This document shows, one piece after another, positions 49,079-61,496 of a stretch of 64,000 nt of DNA. The stretch comes from Basidiobolus meristosporus CBS 931.73. Taxonomy: Eukaryota; Fungi; Basidiobolomycota. The stretch is from the NCBI GenBank assembly GCA_002104905.1, contig MCFE01000318.1:1-64000 (forward strand), given 5' to 3'. The notes beneath the pieces are model-generated. The model was not told the DNA's origin and ran no database searches. It worked only from the letters and a program-made list of their open reading frames with translations. Position 1 is the first letter of the stretch. Each line of letters begins with the position of its first letter. The position numbers and the translations under genes were made by a program.

Positions 49079-51655
49079 CCGGCCATAAGGTGATGGTATG
49101 CTAGACTTCCTACAGCCCTTGAATATAAGCCTACTGTCCATTATTGACCTTAATGGCTTCATGGATCTTCAATGTCTTTTATTTCTAGGCCCTGGTATAA
49201 GCACCACATTGTCTCCCTCCCATGCTGTGATAGATTCTTTTGTGGGCTTTAACTTTGGTCACTTATGCTGTGCTTCAAAGACTGTACATTTTTCCTCTGC
49301 TGTTACATTAGGAAATGGCTCAATTCTTGGCTGTGACACTGAGCTACCTGAGTTCCTTCTTTGCAGCAAAGACACTGCTTTCTCTACCTGGGGTATTGAT
49401 TGCTCTACATGTATTATCTGCTCATCCGGTTTCTGGATTACTTCCTGATTTCTCAGGGCCATTGCATCTATCCTATCTGGCAGTGTTCCTAATTGCTTCA
49501 TTAATGCTTTGGTATGAGCTGACAGCATACTTGCTAATATGGGTGGTGGTGATGTTATGATGGCTACTTGCTGGTCCTCAACTGAGTTACTACATTTGCT
49601 ACATTCTCATCTGCCTGAGCATAATAGTCAGCTTGTGGCTCTACAGAGGTTCTCAATTGCCTACTTGACTGAGAGCCTGAGGAGTATAGCTCTGACAAAG
49701 AAGGCTCACAGATGGATTGTGAGCCTATCTCCCCAAACAATAGTAACACACATGAGCCTGGTCAAATCACATATTGCAATGAAACAACACCCATTGAAAC
49801 AAATGCCAAGGATACTTTATGGAGCCAGGAAAGCCCAGTAAACCATCTACCGGTAAATGATGTAATGCTGTAGCTAGTGAAGTGGTGTGTTTCCACTAAT
49901 ATCAATAATTGGTGCTTTGAGGATTTATTACTACTTGTTGCCAAAATTATTCTGGGATGCTACTTACCATATTGATGGCATAAGTGGACAACTATCATGA
50001 GGCTTGCACCTTATGACCCAGAGACTGTTCTGACTACAGCATGTGCTGACAGTTGTATGGCATACACATCCAAAATGCTACCATTGCAATGTGTCCCAAT
50101 TGTCAGGAATCCACCACCATTGAGGGAAAACATTGTTCACACTCCAGATATATTCTGGTAATACCCTGTCTAAAGAAGCCAATGCAATCCAACAAATAGT
50201 GCAAAGGTATACAGTACTGCACTCAGTATCAATCAAGCTCAAACATATTGGAAATATTCAATGGCAAACATTACAAACAGCCAGGATACAAGGGCTACTT
50301 TGAAGGTATGTACTGCCTTAGCACTTAATGGGTTTTTATTAAATAAGTACTTGACCAGCACATGCTGCTGGCCACTGATTCTCATTGATCTAAATCTGCC
50401 ACCTTTCTTATGGTATCCAAGCAAATATCTGATGGTAGCCTCACTGGTATCTGGGCCTAAATCACTGTCCAACTTGTATTGCTACCTGCATCCATTGCTG
50501 GATGAATTTATTATGCATTCCAGCAGGTTAACAGTAAATGGCTATCATGCCAAAGTGCATATTATAATCTGCATTGGTGATAACCCAGCCATCAGAAAGA
50601 TAGCTGGCTTTTCTGGGCACTATGGATGGTATTGCTGTCAAATGTGTAAGATCCTGGGATTTACTCCATAACTCTCACACATCATTATTGCCCAAACATC
50701 AGCACTAAGTACATCATCTTACCACAGAGTGATTGTACAGAAGTCAGCATGCAATTGCAGCAAAGTTGGCAAGCTATAAGTCATTAGCTGGAATATGACA
50801 TCAGTTTGAAACCTGAGATACTTAAGATAAATGGTATCTGTATGGAGCAAAAGCTTTCCTTTGGGAGCAATGCATTGGATTTTCAACAATATCCCTTTAC
50901 TGATGACCAAGTTGTACCTGGGGAATTTCAAGCTAAATGAGCCCTTCAAGATAACAGAGAAGCTTGAAAGAATTTGCTAGATGTTACAGAGCATCCTTTA
51001 CCCTAAATATCTCAAATGGGACCCAATCAATATTCATATGAATATGCACAAATACAAATGCAAAGATTGGATGAACTGGATACATATTTATTCAAGTGGC
51101 CTTCTGAGCCATTCCTATCAAGAGTACACTGGAAGCATTGGGAATCATATGTGGACATTGTAGGAGTATTTATGCAGAAGTAGAGAACCAATGCCAACTT
51201 GAAGCATCAACAGCTTTTATGAAAAGTGTCTGTGATGGGACTTGAGCAGTTATACTACAAACATAAAGCTCAATGTGTTGATCTCTGCTGCTACTATATC
51301 CATTCTCTACTCCATCTGGCTTGGTGTGTGAATATTACTGTGCCTTGCTTCACCTTTGGGGAGTTTCCTATGGAGCAGATGTGTGGGGAGGTGGGAAGAC
51401 AAATCAAATTGCAGGTACTGCCATATCCCAGTCTCATCAAGTATATCACCTTCAGGTCTGTCATGGATGTGATGAGTTGGCACACAGAGGATAGCCAGGA
51501 AAAGTTGGAAAATACTGTGGACAGATGTGCACATGGTGACACCTATGCCTAGGGCATTAAGAAGCTAAGCAGCCCCAATGAGTGGGTAATCAGTGATGTA
51601 ATACAAATTTGTGTTGGGTACAACAAGCAACATTTCTTGGCAGCTAAATTTGAGT

Positions 51656-52329
51656 GCTGTGTGTCACCTAATGTCTTCTAGGCATTCTTTGCTGTTTTTG
51701 CACATGAGCATTGAATTAGCAACTTGTTTTTGACATGGAGGCAAATGCAGTTAACAGCACTTTGATCTTTCTTCTTGTACTTGAAGGGTTTCTCTCCTAT
51801 GCTTTTAGCAGGGCATTCTTCACCCATGACAATATCCCAAAGACCTCTTTCTTGTAGCAGCATAGTCATGTTCACCTTCCCCACTTGGTAGTTAGATGCA
51901 TTCAACTTTTCAGCAGACAGAAAATTGCTATGATAGCAGTAGTAGACATTGCAGAGAGCAATAACTTAAGGGCTCATAACCTACTGTAAGAATCTTGGAG
52001 AAACTGAAAGTAATTGGGAGAACAAGTAGATTATTAGGTTCTCACTTAATGATGTAATTAGTGTGTAAGTAGTGTTTATACTTCTACTTGGACTTGGCTT
52101 GAAAACACCTAGAGTAGGTCCAGAAAGTTCCTAAGAGCATATGTGCCACATCTGGGGCTGTTCCAACAATGCTGAGAATTTTCATATTCTGGGTACCTCA
52201 TATTTTGGTGAAAATACTCAGAGCAAATCTCAACAAGGATTTTGGTCAGTATTCTCTAGGATTTGGAGGTAATGATCTAAGTGACCAAGTTAGGTGAATA
52301 TTTAGATAGAATTACATGTCTTTACAACA
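51656..52329 (-). mobile_element. Copia 5' LTR (51982-52329), PBS and gag start
   Basis: Reverse-strand homology to 31741-32410; ORF 51678-51905 (NYQVGKVNMTMLLQERGLWDIV). Confidence 0.9.
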
Positions 52330-52702
52330 CCCTGGACTTGATCAGATTCCTTGCTGTGGTATTGTAGGGTCTGTTTGCCTTACTCTCATTGCAGTGGCCT
52401 AAAAATATGCATCTTCACATTTTGGCTCAAATTTTGACTGATGTTCAGGAAGTTTCTTAGCATATAGTGTACACTGATATACTTTGAGATGTTCTGTACT
52501 TGTATAGTATTCAAATAAGCCGCAAATGGAGTACAATCACAAAGTATGCTGTTGTAACTTCTATTTTTAAGTTATGCAGCTGTGTCAACTGATTCCCCCT
52601 GTTAAACAAAGGATACTTTTTGATCACAGATCATAGATCTACCGTATCAGTTATTGATATGCTTGCAATTTCTGCAACTCTACTTTGCTATGAGGAGTAC
52701 GG

Positions 52703-53772
52703 TGTGGTGGTGTATAGGTCCAAGGGAGAGATATGTCCAACACTTCTCAAGTGTTTTGTGTGTGGGGTATTCACTGGGTGCAATAACCTCTGGCAAAAGC
52801 TTGCTAGGAATACTTGGGTTCTGTTTCTAATCTAATGTGAAGGGGAATAAAGCCACAAGCTTGTCAAGGGAAAACTATTGAGCTACAATCCCCAACTTAG
52901 TTGGTGTCTTAACAAAAGTATGTGCTGGGTTCAGCATCCTTTGAGATGACAATGTACTAAAGCTTCCAAAGTCAAAACAACTGTAAACTCCACCAGCAGG
53001 GACTTGATAAGAATGCAGCTGTGGTCAATAGTTACAAAGACAGAAAAGTATCTTTGCCTGTACAAGAACAAACTTGGGAAAGAATCAAATATAATAAAAG
53101 ATACCTACTCCGAGTATTCCTCACAAGTAGTGCCTCCAAGGTCAGTTGGCTGTCAGCATGGTTTCCTGGGAGTGTCCTGTGGTCTAGGGTTGGAAGTTCA
53201 GGTAGCAGCAGGTAGCAGTGATCACACTAATCAACAAGTTGGTATATTGATAAAAGGGATGATGATTTATTGTTGAGGGAGAGCCTCCCTTATATACTTT
53301 TCTTACTGGCTAAGTGATTACTAATCATGGTGTTCCAGAAGGTTCTGGATATCAGTAGAAATCTTAATGACATCAGAATGACCTAAGAATGTTCTAAGTA
53401 GGTGCCGGAAGGTTCTAAGAGGCACAGCACATCCAACCAATCAGGAGTCAATATTCTGAAACCTGTGTAACATGGGGATACCATATATGGTATGAGAATG
53501 GTAGGGATGGTGACACGGGTTGATCATGTGTCACAGTTACTGGCGCGGGTACATGCTTAATATAGAAGCACTTGTAGCTAGTAATGTTACATAAAGTGAG
53601 GGTAACTTATGCAATAAGGTAAGCAGGTGTGATAGTCAACCAACTTATGGGATAGTACTGATTGGGTAAGATAAATGGGATAAAACTAAAATAAGTGTAG
53701 TAGAGATATAGGGAAGTGGAAAATAAGGGAATGAGCACATCTGTCAGTGGGTGTCACTGTCACCCCACTACA
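52703..53772 (-). mobile_element. Solo LTR, gypsy family 2
   Basis: TGTGGTGG..CCACTACA termini; perfect 4-bp TSD ACGG at 52699-702 and 53773-76. Confidence 0.95.
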
Positions 53773-54568
53773 ACGGTACAGTAGTCTCTTGATTTTGCAG
53801 AAGTGGATGACAAGTTTTGAGGTATATTCTCCACCATAGTCAGAGTGAATTTTCTTGATTTTTTCTCCAGCTTTGCTCTCCACCACAGCATTAGACTCCA
53901 TAAGCTTAGACAGAGCTTCTTCCTTTCTCTGCACAAAGTACACCTCCATGTATCTTGTATAATCATCAGCAAAAGTGATTAAATAATTCATCCTACCTAA
54001 GGATAATTTTGCATAGGTCCACAAGGATCTGAGTGAGTTAGATCTATAATTTTGCTGGTTGTGACTAGCCCAGAGCCCTTGAACAGTTCTCTGGCCTATT
54101 TTCTATGTACACAGGCTTCACGGTACTACAAATCAGCTGTGGAATCAACTTTACTCTGGAATTAGCTAATCTTTAACTATTTTGCTCAAATAATGAAAAT
54201 TGATGGGTACAAATGTCTAATGAAAAGCATTAGTGTTTCTTCAGCCAAGTTAATTGGCTTCCTGTTATGATGGAATATAGGTCAAGTTGTACAGATTCTG
54301 ATCTCCAATACACAAAGCAATATGAACACCATTGTGATCAGTGATGCTGCATCCAGAATTGTCAGAGCTGAAACTGAGTCCCTCTGGTGCAGCCTTGCTT
54401 ACAGATAGTAGGTTCTTGGCTATTTCAAGTACATAAAATATTTCTTTAAGAGTCAGTATATGGCTTCCTTCACTTCTTCTAAGGTTTACTAGGATGGCTC
54501 CTCCTCCTATTGCATTGGGTGTTATATTGTCACCAATGAAAACCTTCCTAACTGGAATTTTCGATATT

Positions 54569-54779
54569 AGACTTGTTCCATCATTCCAGCTGATCATAGT
54601 GCCCAATAGTGCCATAGCATGCCAGATGGTGCCTGATCATACCACAGAGTGCTTGATGGTGCCATACAGTGCCAATTTGGGATCAAAATTGACATGCATA
54701 TGACCCTAAAATATCAAATTAATAACAAAATATACAGCACTTTCTGGCACTATGATCAATGGCACAATGGAGCAAGTCT
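54569..54779. mobile_element. 211-bp MITE of the PHIS family
   Basis: Ends AGACTTGTTCCAT and ATGGAGCAAGTCT; TSD ATT at 54566-68 and 54780-82; repeated (ATA)GTGCCA/TGGCAC motifs. Confidence 0.92.
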
Positions 54780-55478
54780 ATTATATAAAAGTTCCTTTCA
54801 GTGTGTAAAGTGTCAAGATGCTCAGAGTCAATAAACCACATGTGAGAATCCTTGTCTGTGGTGGTATTTAGTGCTAATATGAATAGTCTCTATTCTATTA
54901 CTGCAGCAATTCCCTATTTAGGCTTTTCCTGCAAGCTATCTCTTTTTTTGAAATGCTGGTCTGATGAGTGTCCTTTTCTTTTGCAATAGTTGAGACACAA
55001 ATTGGCATTGCCTTTAGGAGGGTCCTAATTATCTTTTCTATGGGCTATTATTGCTTATTAATGCATTTTCTTTTTACTTCTTGTTGGCACTTGATTTTCT
55101 CAATTCTACATCTGGAAGACTTCCTTCAACCTAATTTATGGTCAAATCTTCAGTTCTGGACTGTAGTGCTGATACAACGGCCATGAAAGTTGTATTTCAG
55201 GCTCTTCAGGATGGTAACTGTCATATCCATCTCAGTAGTTAGTACACCCACAGGTTCCACCTCATTCACCTGCTACATAATTCTGTTAATTAGATTTTTC
55301 ATTTCTCTGCCTGGCAGCAGCTTTGTGGTAAAGAGTTTTTGTTACAAATACATTTTCTTAGCAGCTAGACTGGTATGTGTCTTCTAGTGCCTTCCCAGCA
55401 TTTTTTTCTGTTGTTGCTCTTTACCATTGAATTAGCAAGTTTGTCTTTGACATAGAGGCATTTGCAGTTAAAGACACT

Positions 55479-56133
55479 CATTAGAGTTATCCACATCTCA
55501 TGTATATCCTGCTTAGTTATTAGCATTGGTTATCCCAGATGTTATTCCGCTTTGTGATCCATTACACATGACTCCAGTCTGTGATACCATCCCTTCCATT
55601 TAAATACCATATATAGCATTTCTATATTTTACAGGCTTCAGACTACTCATTCATGATTGGTTGGATGTGCTGAGCCCTTTAGAACCTTCCAGGACATTCT
55701 TGACGTAGTTATAGCTCATAGGGATGTCATCAAGGATTCTGCTGATGACTGAAATTTTCTAGAACCTGGTCATTAGTTGTCACTTGGCAATCAGGAGAAG
55801 TATTTAAGGGTGGTCAATCCCTCATCAATACATCATCCCTTCTATCAGTAATACTTCTCCCTTATTGATTAGTAGTTGATCATTGCACCTGCCTTCAACA
55901 GAAATATCTCAGACCTGCCATCAAGGAGCTTTCCAAGGGTAGTGCACAAGACACACAGAGGCCTTTGCAGACACTTGGAGCACCTAGGAAGCTAGAGAAG
56001 CAGGAGCCTATTCCATAGTGACATCTTAGCAAAGACACCAGCAGGTTCAACCCAGAGGTTATTGCACCCATCAGACACCTCACACACCTTGAGTTGTGTA
56101 GCTTCTCCCAGGAGAACCTCTACACCAACAACA
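55479..56133 (+). mobile_element. 5'-truncated LTR, gypsy family 1
   Basis: Homologous to ~43000-43662; ends TACACCAACAACA and is followed by GCAG of the CMC transposase. Confidence 0.85.
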
Positions 56134-58805
56134 GCAGAGAACTACACATTCAGCTTTATGTTTGTAGTATAGCCACTCAAATCTCATCACAGACACATTG
56201 CACAACAGCTGTACATGTGTCAAGTTGGCATTGGTGATCCACTTCTGGATAAATATTCCTACAATGCCCACATATGACTCCCAATGCTTCCAATGTACTC
56301 TTGGTAGGAATGGCTTCAGAATTCCACTTGAATGAATACATATCCAGCTCATCCAGTCCTTGCACTTGTATTGCTGTATGGGCATATGAATGTTGATTAG
56401 GAGCCTGTGAGTAGTAGTTACGGTAGCAGATGCTGTGTAATATCTTGCCAATTCTTTAAAATTTCTTCCATATCTCAGATGGCTCATTTGGCTTGAAATG
56501 CCCCATATACAACTTGGTCATCAGTGTAGGGATATTGCTCAGAGCAAATGCATTGCTCCTAGTGGAAAGCTTTAGCTCCAAAAGATACCCCCTATCTTGA
56601 GTATCTCCATTTCCAATTAATTTCATATTCTGGCCAATGACTTTAAGCTTACTAACTCTTCTAAAATTGCATGCTGTCATACTGTACATTCACACCTGTG
56701 GAAGGATAATGTTCTTAGTATTGGGGTTTGAGTAATAATAGTGTGCATGCTATGGAGTGAGTCCCCTGGATCTCAAGCATTTAACAGCAATACCATCCAT
56801 AGTGCGCAGAAAAGCCAGCTATCTTTCTGATGGCTGGGTATCTCCAATGCAAATTATAATATGCACTTTGGCATGATAGCCATTTACTGTTATCCTGCCA
56901 GAAAGCATACAAAGTTCTACCAGCAATGAATACAGGTAAGCATTCAGGTTACTTGGTGATTTAGGCCCTGATACCAGTGAGACTACCATCAGATTTCTCT
57001 CTGATACTGAAAGATAGGCAGCAGATTCAGATTGATGAGGATCAGTGACCAGCAGGATTTGCTGGTAGAGAACATGTTTAATGATAATCCATCAAGTGCT
57101 AGGGCAAAAGGCACGGTCATACATACCTTCAGAGTAGCCCTTACTATTAGCTGTTTGTAATGTTTGCCATCAAATACATCTGTTATGCTTGTGCTTGAAT
57201 GATACTAAGTGCAGTACTTTATATCTTTGCAATATCTGTCAGACCACATGAGGTTCTTGATAGGGGTATTACAAGAATACATCCAGAGTGTGAAAATGTT
57301 TTCCTCCTATGGTGGTGGATTTGTGACAAGTTGGACCCATTGTAATGATGGCATTTTCTGATGGGAATGCCATGCAACTGTTAACACATGCTGGATTAAG
57401 GATAGTCTTTGGGTCATATGTTGCCAGCCACATGACAGTTGTCCATTTATACCTTGTACAGGCTAGGTTGTATCCTGGGATAATTTTGGCAAGTAGTAGT
57501 AGTAAATCCTCAAAGCCCACATTACTGATATTAGTCAAAACATGCCACTTTGCTGGCTACAACCTAACATCACTCACCAGTAGATGGATTACTGGGCACA
57601 CTTGACTCTATAGAGAATTCTCAGCATTTTTTTGAATGGGTGTTGTCTCATTGCATAATGGATATTGCAGAGCTCATGAAGGCTACTGTGGTTAGGGAAG
57701 ATAGGCTAACAATCCATCAGTGAGCCTGCTTCCTCAGTGCTATCACTCTGCATTCCACATTTGGAAGACTGTGGTGAGCCTAATGACATCACAAACTCAC
57801 CCAATTGAGTTTTGCAAGGTGACAAGTATGGCTAGGTGCTGTTATAGAAGTATCAGTTGGCCAGCAAGATATTGTTGGTACAGTAGTGACTGGTAAATAC
57901 TTGTATATGACTTGTGTGGCAAAACACTGGCAGTGATCCTTACAATACCTCCTATGCTATCTGCATGCTTCATGGCCCAGAGGCTTGCAACAATAGCCAC
58001 ATAGGCTTTGTTTTTTTCCCTTACAGCATTGAATCAAATCCTTTGAAAAATCTTAAACTTGGAATTCATGTAACTTTTAGCTGGTATTCTGATGGTATTT
58101 TGCTGGGATTCAGCTGGTGTTTTTGGTTCAAAATTTCAAATGCAGTTTTTGATTGAAGTAATGGGCGGCTAATGAACAAACTTGGATATGGATGCTAGTT
58201 GGCCTAGTCTCATGCCGGAGAATTTGTTGGCTTGCCTGCACGTTAGCTCACAACAGATATATTGGGAGTTGTCAATTTTGAGAAAGTGAAATCCAGCTGA
58301 TATAATGATGGTATTTTGCAGGCCTTTACTTAATTTTTTTCTTAGGGAAAGTTGGTTTGTCCATGGAGCAAGCAGCTTGACACTCAACAATGTAATGCAA
58401 TTATATTACTTTTCATCAATACTCATGTGAGCTTAGGCCAGTCTTGTATTTGAGACATAGCACTGACATGAATGTAAGATTCAATGATGGCCTGCCATAG
58501 TAAGCATTATGAGTGAAGTTTTACCACCACATACACATATATATGTAACACTATTTCTCTTTTGGTTTTACTCAATTCCATATATATGCCACAAAAAAAT
58601 ATAGCAAAGTTGTTTGGTTCCCAACCAAACCCCAACACTGATAGAGGCAGTGGAACAGTTGGACACCAGCTTGCTTTGCCATTCAGTGCAACAAGCATGG
58701 CTATTACCAAGAAAGGCCTTGTGGACAGCGTCCCCACAGAGGGTTTTAATGAAGACTCCTCAGGCTCTTAGTTGAGCATGCAATTGGGAATATCTGTGGA
58801 GCCGC

Positions 58806-59608
58806 TGTGGTGGTGTAGATGTACTCCTGGGAGAAGCTACACAATTCAAGGTGTGTGAGGTGTCTGATAGGTGCAATAACTACTGTGTCTAAATTGCTGG
58901 TGTCTTTGTCAATATGTCACTATGGTAAAAGCTCCTGCTTCTCTAGCTTCCTAGGTGCTCCAAGTGTCTCCAAAGGCCTCTGTGTGTCTTGTACACTACC
59001 TTGAAAAGCTCCTTGATGGCAAGTCTGAGATGAACTGTTGAAGGCAGGTGCAGTGATCAACTGCTAATCAATATGGTAGAGGTGTTGCTGATAGAAGGGA
59101 TGATTTATTGATGAGGGATTGCTTTCCCTGAAATACTTTTCCTGATTGCCAAGTGATTACTAATGACAAGGTTCTAGAAGATACTAGGCATCAGTGGAAT
59201 TCTTGATGACATCACTATAAGCTAAAATATGTCAAGAATGTCCTGGAAGGTTCTAAAAGGCACAGCACATCCAACCAATCAGGAATCAGTAGTCTGAAAC
59301 CTGTGCAACATAGCAATACCATATATGGTATTGAAATGGAGAGGATGGTAACACAGACCTAGGTCATGTGTCATGGGTACTGACATGGGTACTTGCCTCA
59401 TGTAGAAACATATACTGATCACTAAGCTGAATAACACCTAGGATAACTATTGCTAATAACTAATCAGGGTAAACATGATATGGGGATAATACTGATAATA
59501 TGGGTAAAAGAAGAATGGGATAATACTGATATGATAAAATATGGATAAATATATCATAATGGCTATATGAATAAACTTGTCTGTGGGAGGTATGTTTACC
59601 CTACCACA
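58806..59608 (-). mobile_element. Solo LTR, gypsy family 1 (803 bp)
   Basis: TGTGGT..ACCACA termini; perfect 4-bp TSD CCGC at 58802-05 and 59609-12. Confidence 0.95.
59315..59332. promoter_or_regulatory. Palindromic CArG box (CCATATATGG) in the gypsy LTR
   Basis: 18-bp palindrome AATACCATATATGGTATT. The core is also at 43142, 47085, 48786 and 53481. Confidence 0.55.
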
Positions 59609-60588
59609 CCGCAAGCTGAGAATCTCTTTGGAGCCACAAGCAGATCACATTGCTGAGGCTAATCAGAATGTAGCAAAAGCAGTACCTTCAGTTGAAGACT
59701 AACAAGTGGTTATCATAATATCACCACTACCTGTATTAGCAAGTATGTTGTCAGCTCATACCAAAGCATTGAAGAGGAAATTAGGTGCAGTGGCTGATGG
59801 TATAGATGCAATGGCCCAACAAAATCATAAAATAGTCAAGAAACAGGATCAGCAGATAACATATGTAGTGCAATCAATATGCAAGCTAGAGAAAGCAGTA
59901 TCTTAGCCGCAAAGTAGGAACTCAAGTAGCGTAATGTCACAGCCAACAATTGAGCCATTTCCCAATGTAACAGCAGAGGAATATGGTACAGTATTTGAAG
60001 CACACCAACAGTGCCCAAAGATAAAGTCCACAGAAAAACCTATCACAGTATGGGAGGGAGAAAATGTAGTGTGTATTCCAAAGCCTAAAGTCAAAAGACA
60101 TTGAAGATCCATGCAGCTGTTAAGTGCAAAGATGAAGAGTGGGCTAAAATTCAAGAGGCTGTCAGAAGTCTAGCATACCATTGCCTTAAGGCTGACATAC
60201 CATGAGATCATCAGGAACTCAAGGCTTAGCAGAATGAGCTTTACTTGTTCCATGAGCATTATCCTGGATTCAAGCAAGCAAATGGATTTTGGGCCAGGAT
60301 TGTTATGCTAAGAGAGTATCTCAAGAATAGCAGAAACTATCAAAGGCAGAAGAACAAGGGTACAATAGCTAAAAAGCAGCAGCTTACTGAAGAACCTGTT
60401 ACAAGTAGGGCCAAAAGCTCCAAACAAGCATCAAAGTGACATCAGATAGCTAGAAGAGTGCCAATTAGGGAAGAACAGGCAGACACAGATGTACTAGCAC
60501 AATATTTACCAAGCAAAAAGCATGGTTGTACTCCAGCAGCACTCTGTATAGATAGCAGTGAAGGACCTGGCAGTGATAAAGCAAGCAG

Positions 60589-60688
60589 TGTAGTGGGCTC
60601 AGAATTACACCCACTGACAGATGTGCTCATTCCCATATTTAATACTTCCCTATTTTTCTACTACCCTTATTTTAGCTTTATCCCATTT
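60589..60688 (+). mobile_element. 5' end fragment of a family-2-like LTR
   Basis: TGTAGTGGG..CACCCACTGACAGATGTGCTCATTCCC is the reverse complement of the 49078/53772 ends; left flank GCAG. Confidence 0.8.
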
Positions 60689-61496
60689 GTCAGAGTGGAG
60701 AGCCCACTGGCAGACAAAGTGATAACATCAAGAACTCAAAAGGTTATCACATTGCCTTCATTGGAATTTTAGAACATTAATATGCACACCAAGAGGTTGC
60801 AGCTACTTTTAGACAGTGGTGCTCAGGTAAATGCACTTGGATATTGCAAGGATTTGTTGCAAAAACTGGCAGTTGAGGTGCAAGATCTTGCATTGCCAGC
60901 TGAAGACCAGGACTTATGGGAACAGGTGAATGAACAGTTGCATAAAGCAGTTGGGCTCCTGCCAAAACCATGTAATCAGTGTGTTGCAGCAGTGCTACTA
61001 ATTGAGTGGTGGAATTTAATTGAGTTACCTGTAGAGTGTAGAGTTAGGCTTAGTGTTAGTGTGGGGTATAGGGGCTTGTAAAGGTCAAAACAATTAGCAG
61101 TTGAGGCACAACTGAGGTTTTAACAGAAATAAGTAAGTTTGAATGTATGAAGAGTAAGAGAAACTGTTGAGTCAGGATGTATGAAGTGTAAGAGAAACTG
61201 TTGAGTCAGGAAGTATGGAGTGTGAAAAATAGACAATAGCTAATCAATGCCCACAAGTGTAGGAGGTGATATAGTGCGTGGGTTCAAAAAGTGAGAATCT
61301 TAGCAGAGAACCAATTAAACCCACTTTTGTTCTGTTGTGATGAGAAATTTTGAGTAAGTTTTTGTGAAATCTGGGGTGCAATTATCCTTTGACAGTCTTT
61401 TCATGGAGTCCTGATGGGATGAATACCTCTTAGTCACAGGACTTGGAACTTGATGACAGCCTTTTGACTAGATCATCACAATAATTTTTCATAGGG

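Larger units (their letters stand above)
41756..51655. mobile_element. Inverted CMC copy: ORF2 (-, ~41900-49690) and transposase (+, ~49690-51640), carrying two gypsy-type insertions
   Basis: ORF 50261-50671 (ALNGF..CWPLILIDLNLPP..VSGPKS..YLHPLLDEF..IGDNPA). ORF2 pieces 49259-49528 and 42542-42894 are homologous to copies A and D. The intergenic spacer is deleted. Confidence 0.8.
52330..55478 (-). mobile_element. Copia internal fragment (gag, protease, integrase), carrying a solo LTR and a MITE
   Basis: Reverse homology to ~32330-34210; ORFs 53686-54024 and 54265-54615. Confidence 0.88.
56134..61496. mobile_element. Most complete CMC copy (D): transposase (-, 56134-~57950), spacer, ORF2 (+, ~58560-61050) and right TIR
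   Basis: Transposase homologous to 39900-41740. Right end AATAATTTTTCATAGGG is the inverted match of the left end at 38646. Divergent gene arrangement with an intact ~0.6-kb spacer. Confidence 0.8.

Noticed and set aside
38646-51655. Apparent composite transposon with two outward-facing transposases flanking cargo
   Set aside because: With the CCCTA TIRs located, it is better explained as two separate truncated copies of a divergent two-gene element joined at ~41755.
37156-52334. Pairing the minus-strand copia LTRs at 37161 and 51982 as one giant element
   Set aside because: Outer flanks differ (TCATA vs CCCTG), so there is no TSD support.
60782-61081. LLDSGA motif suggesting a retroviral protease, and hence a gag-protease-CACTA chimera
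   Set aside because: Homologous positions in the other copies read FFKSSA and FCKSSA, so the Asp is not conserved. The region is the C-terminal part of CMC ORF2.
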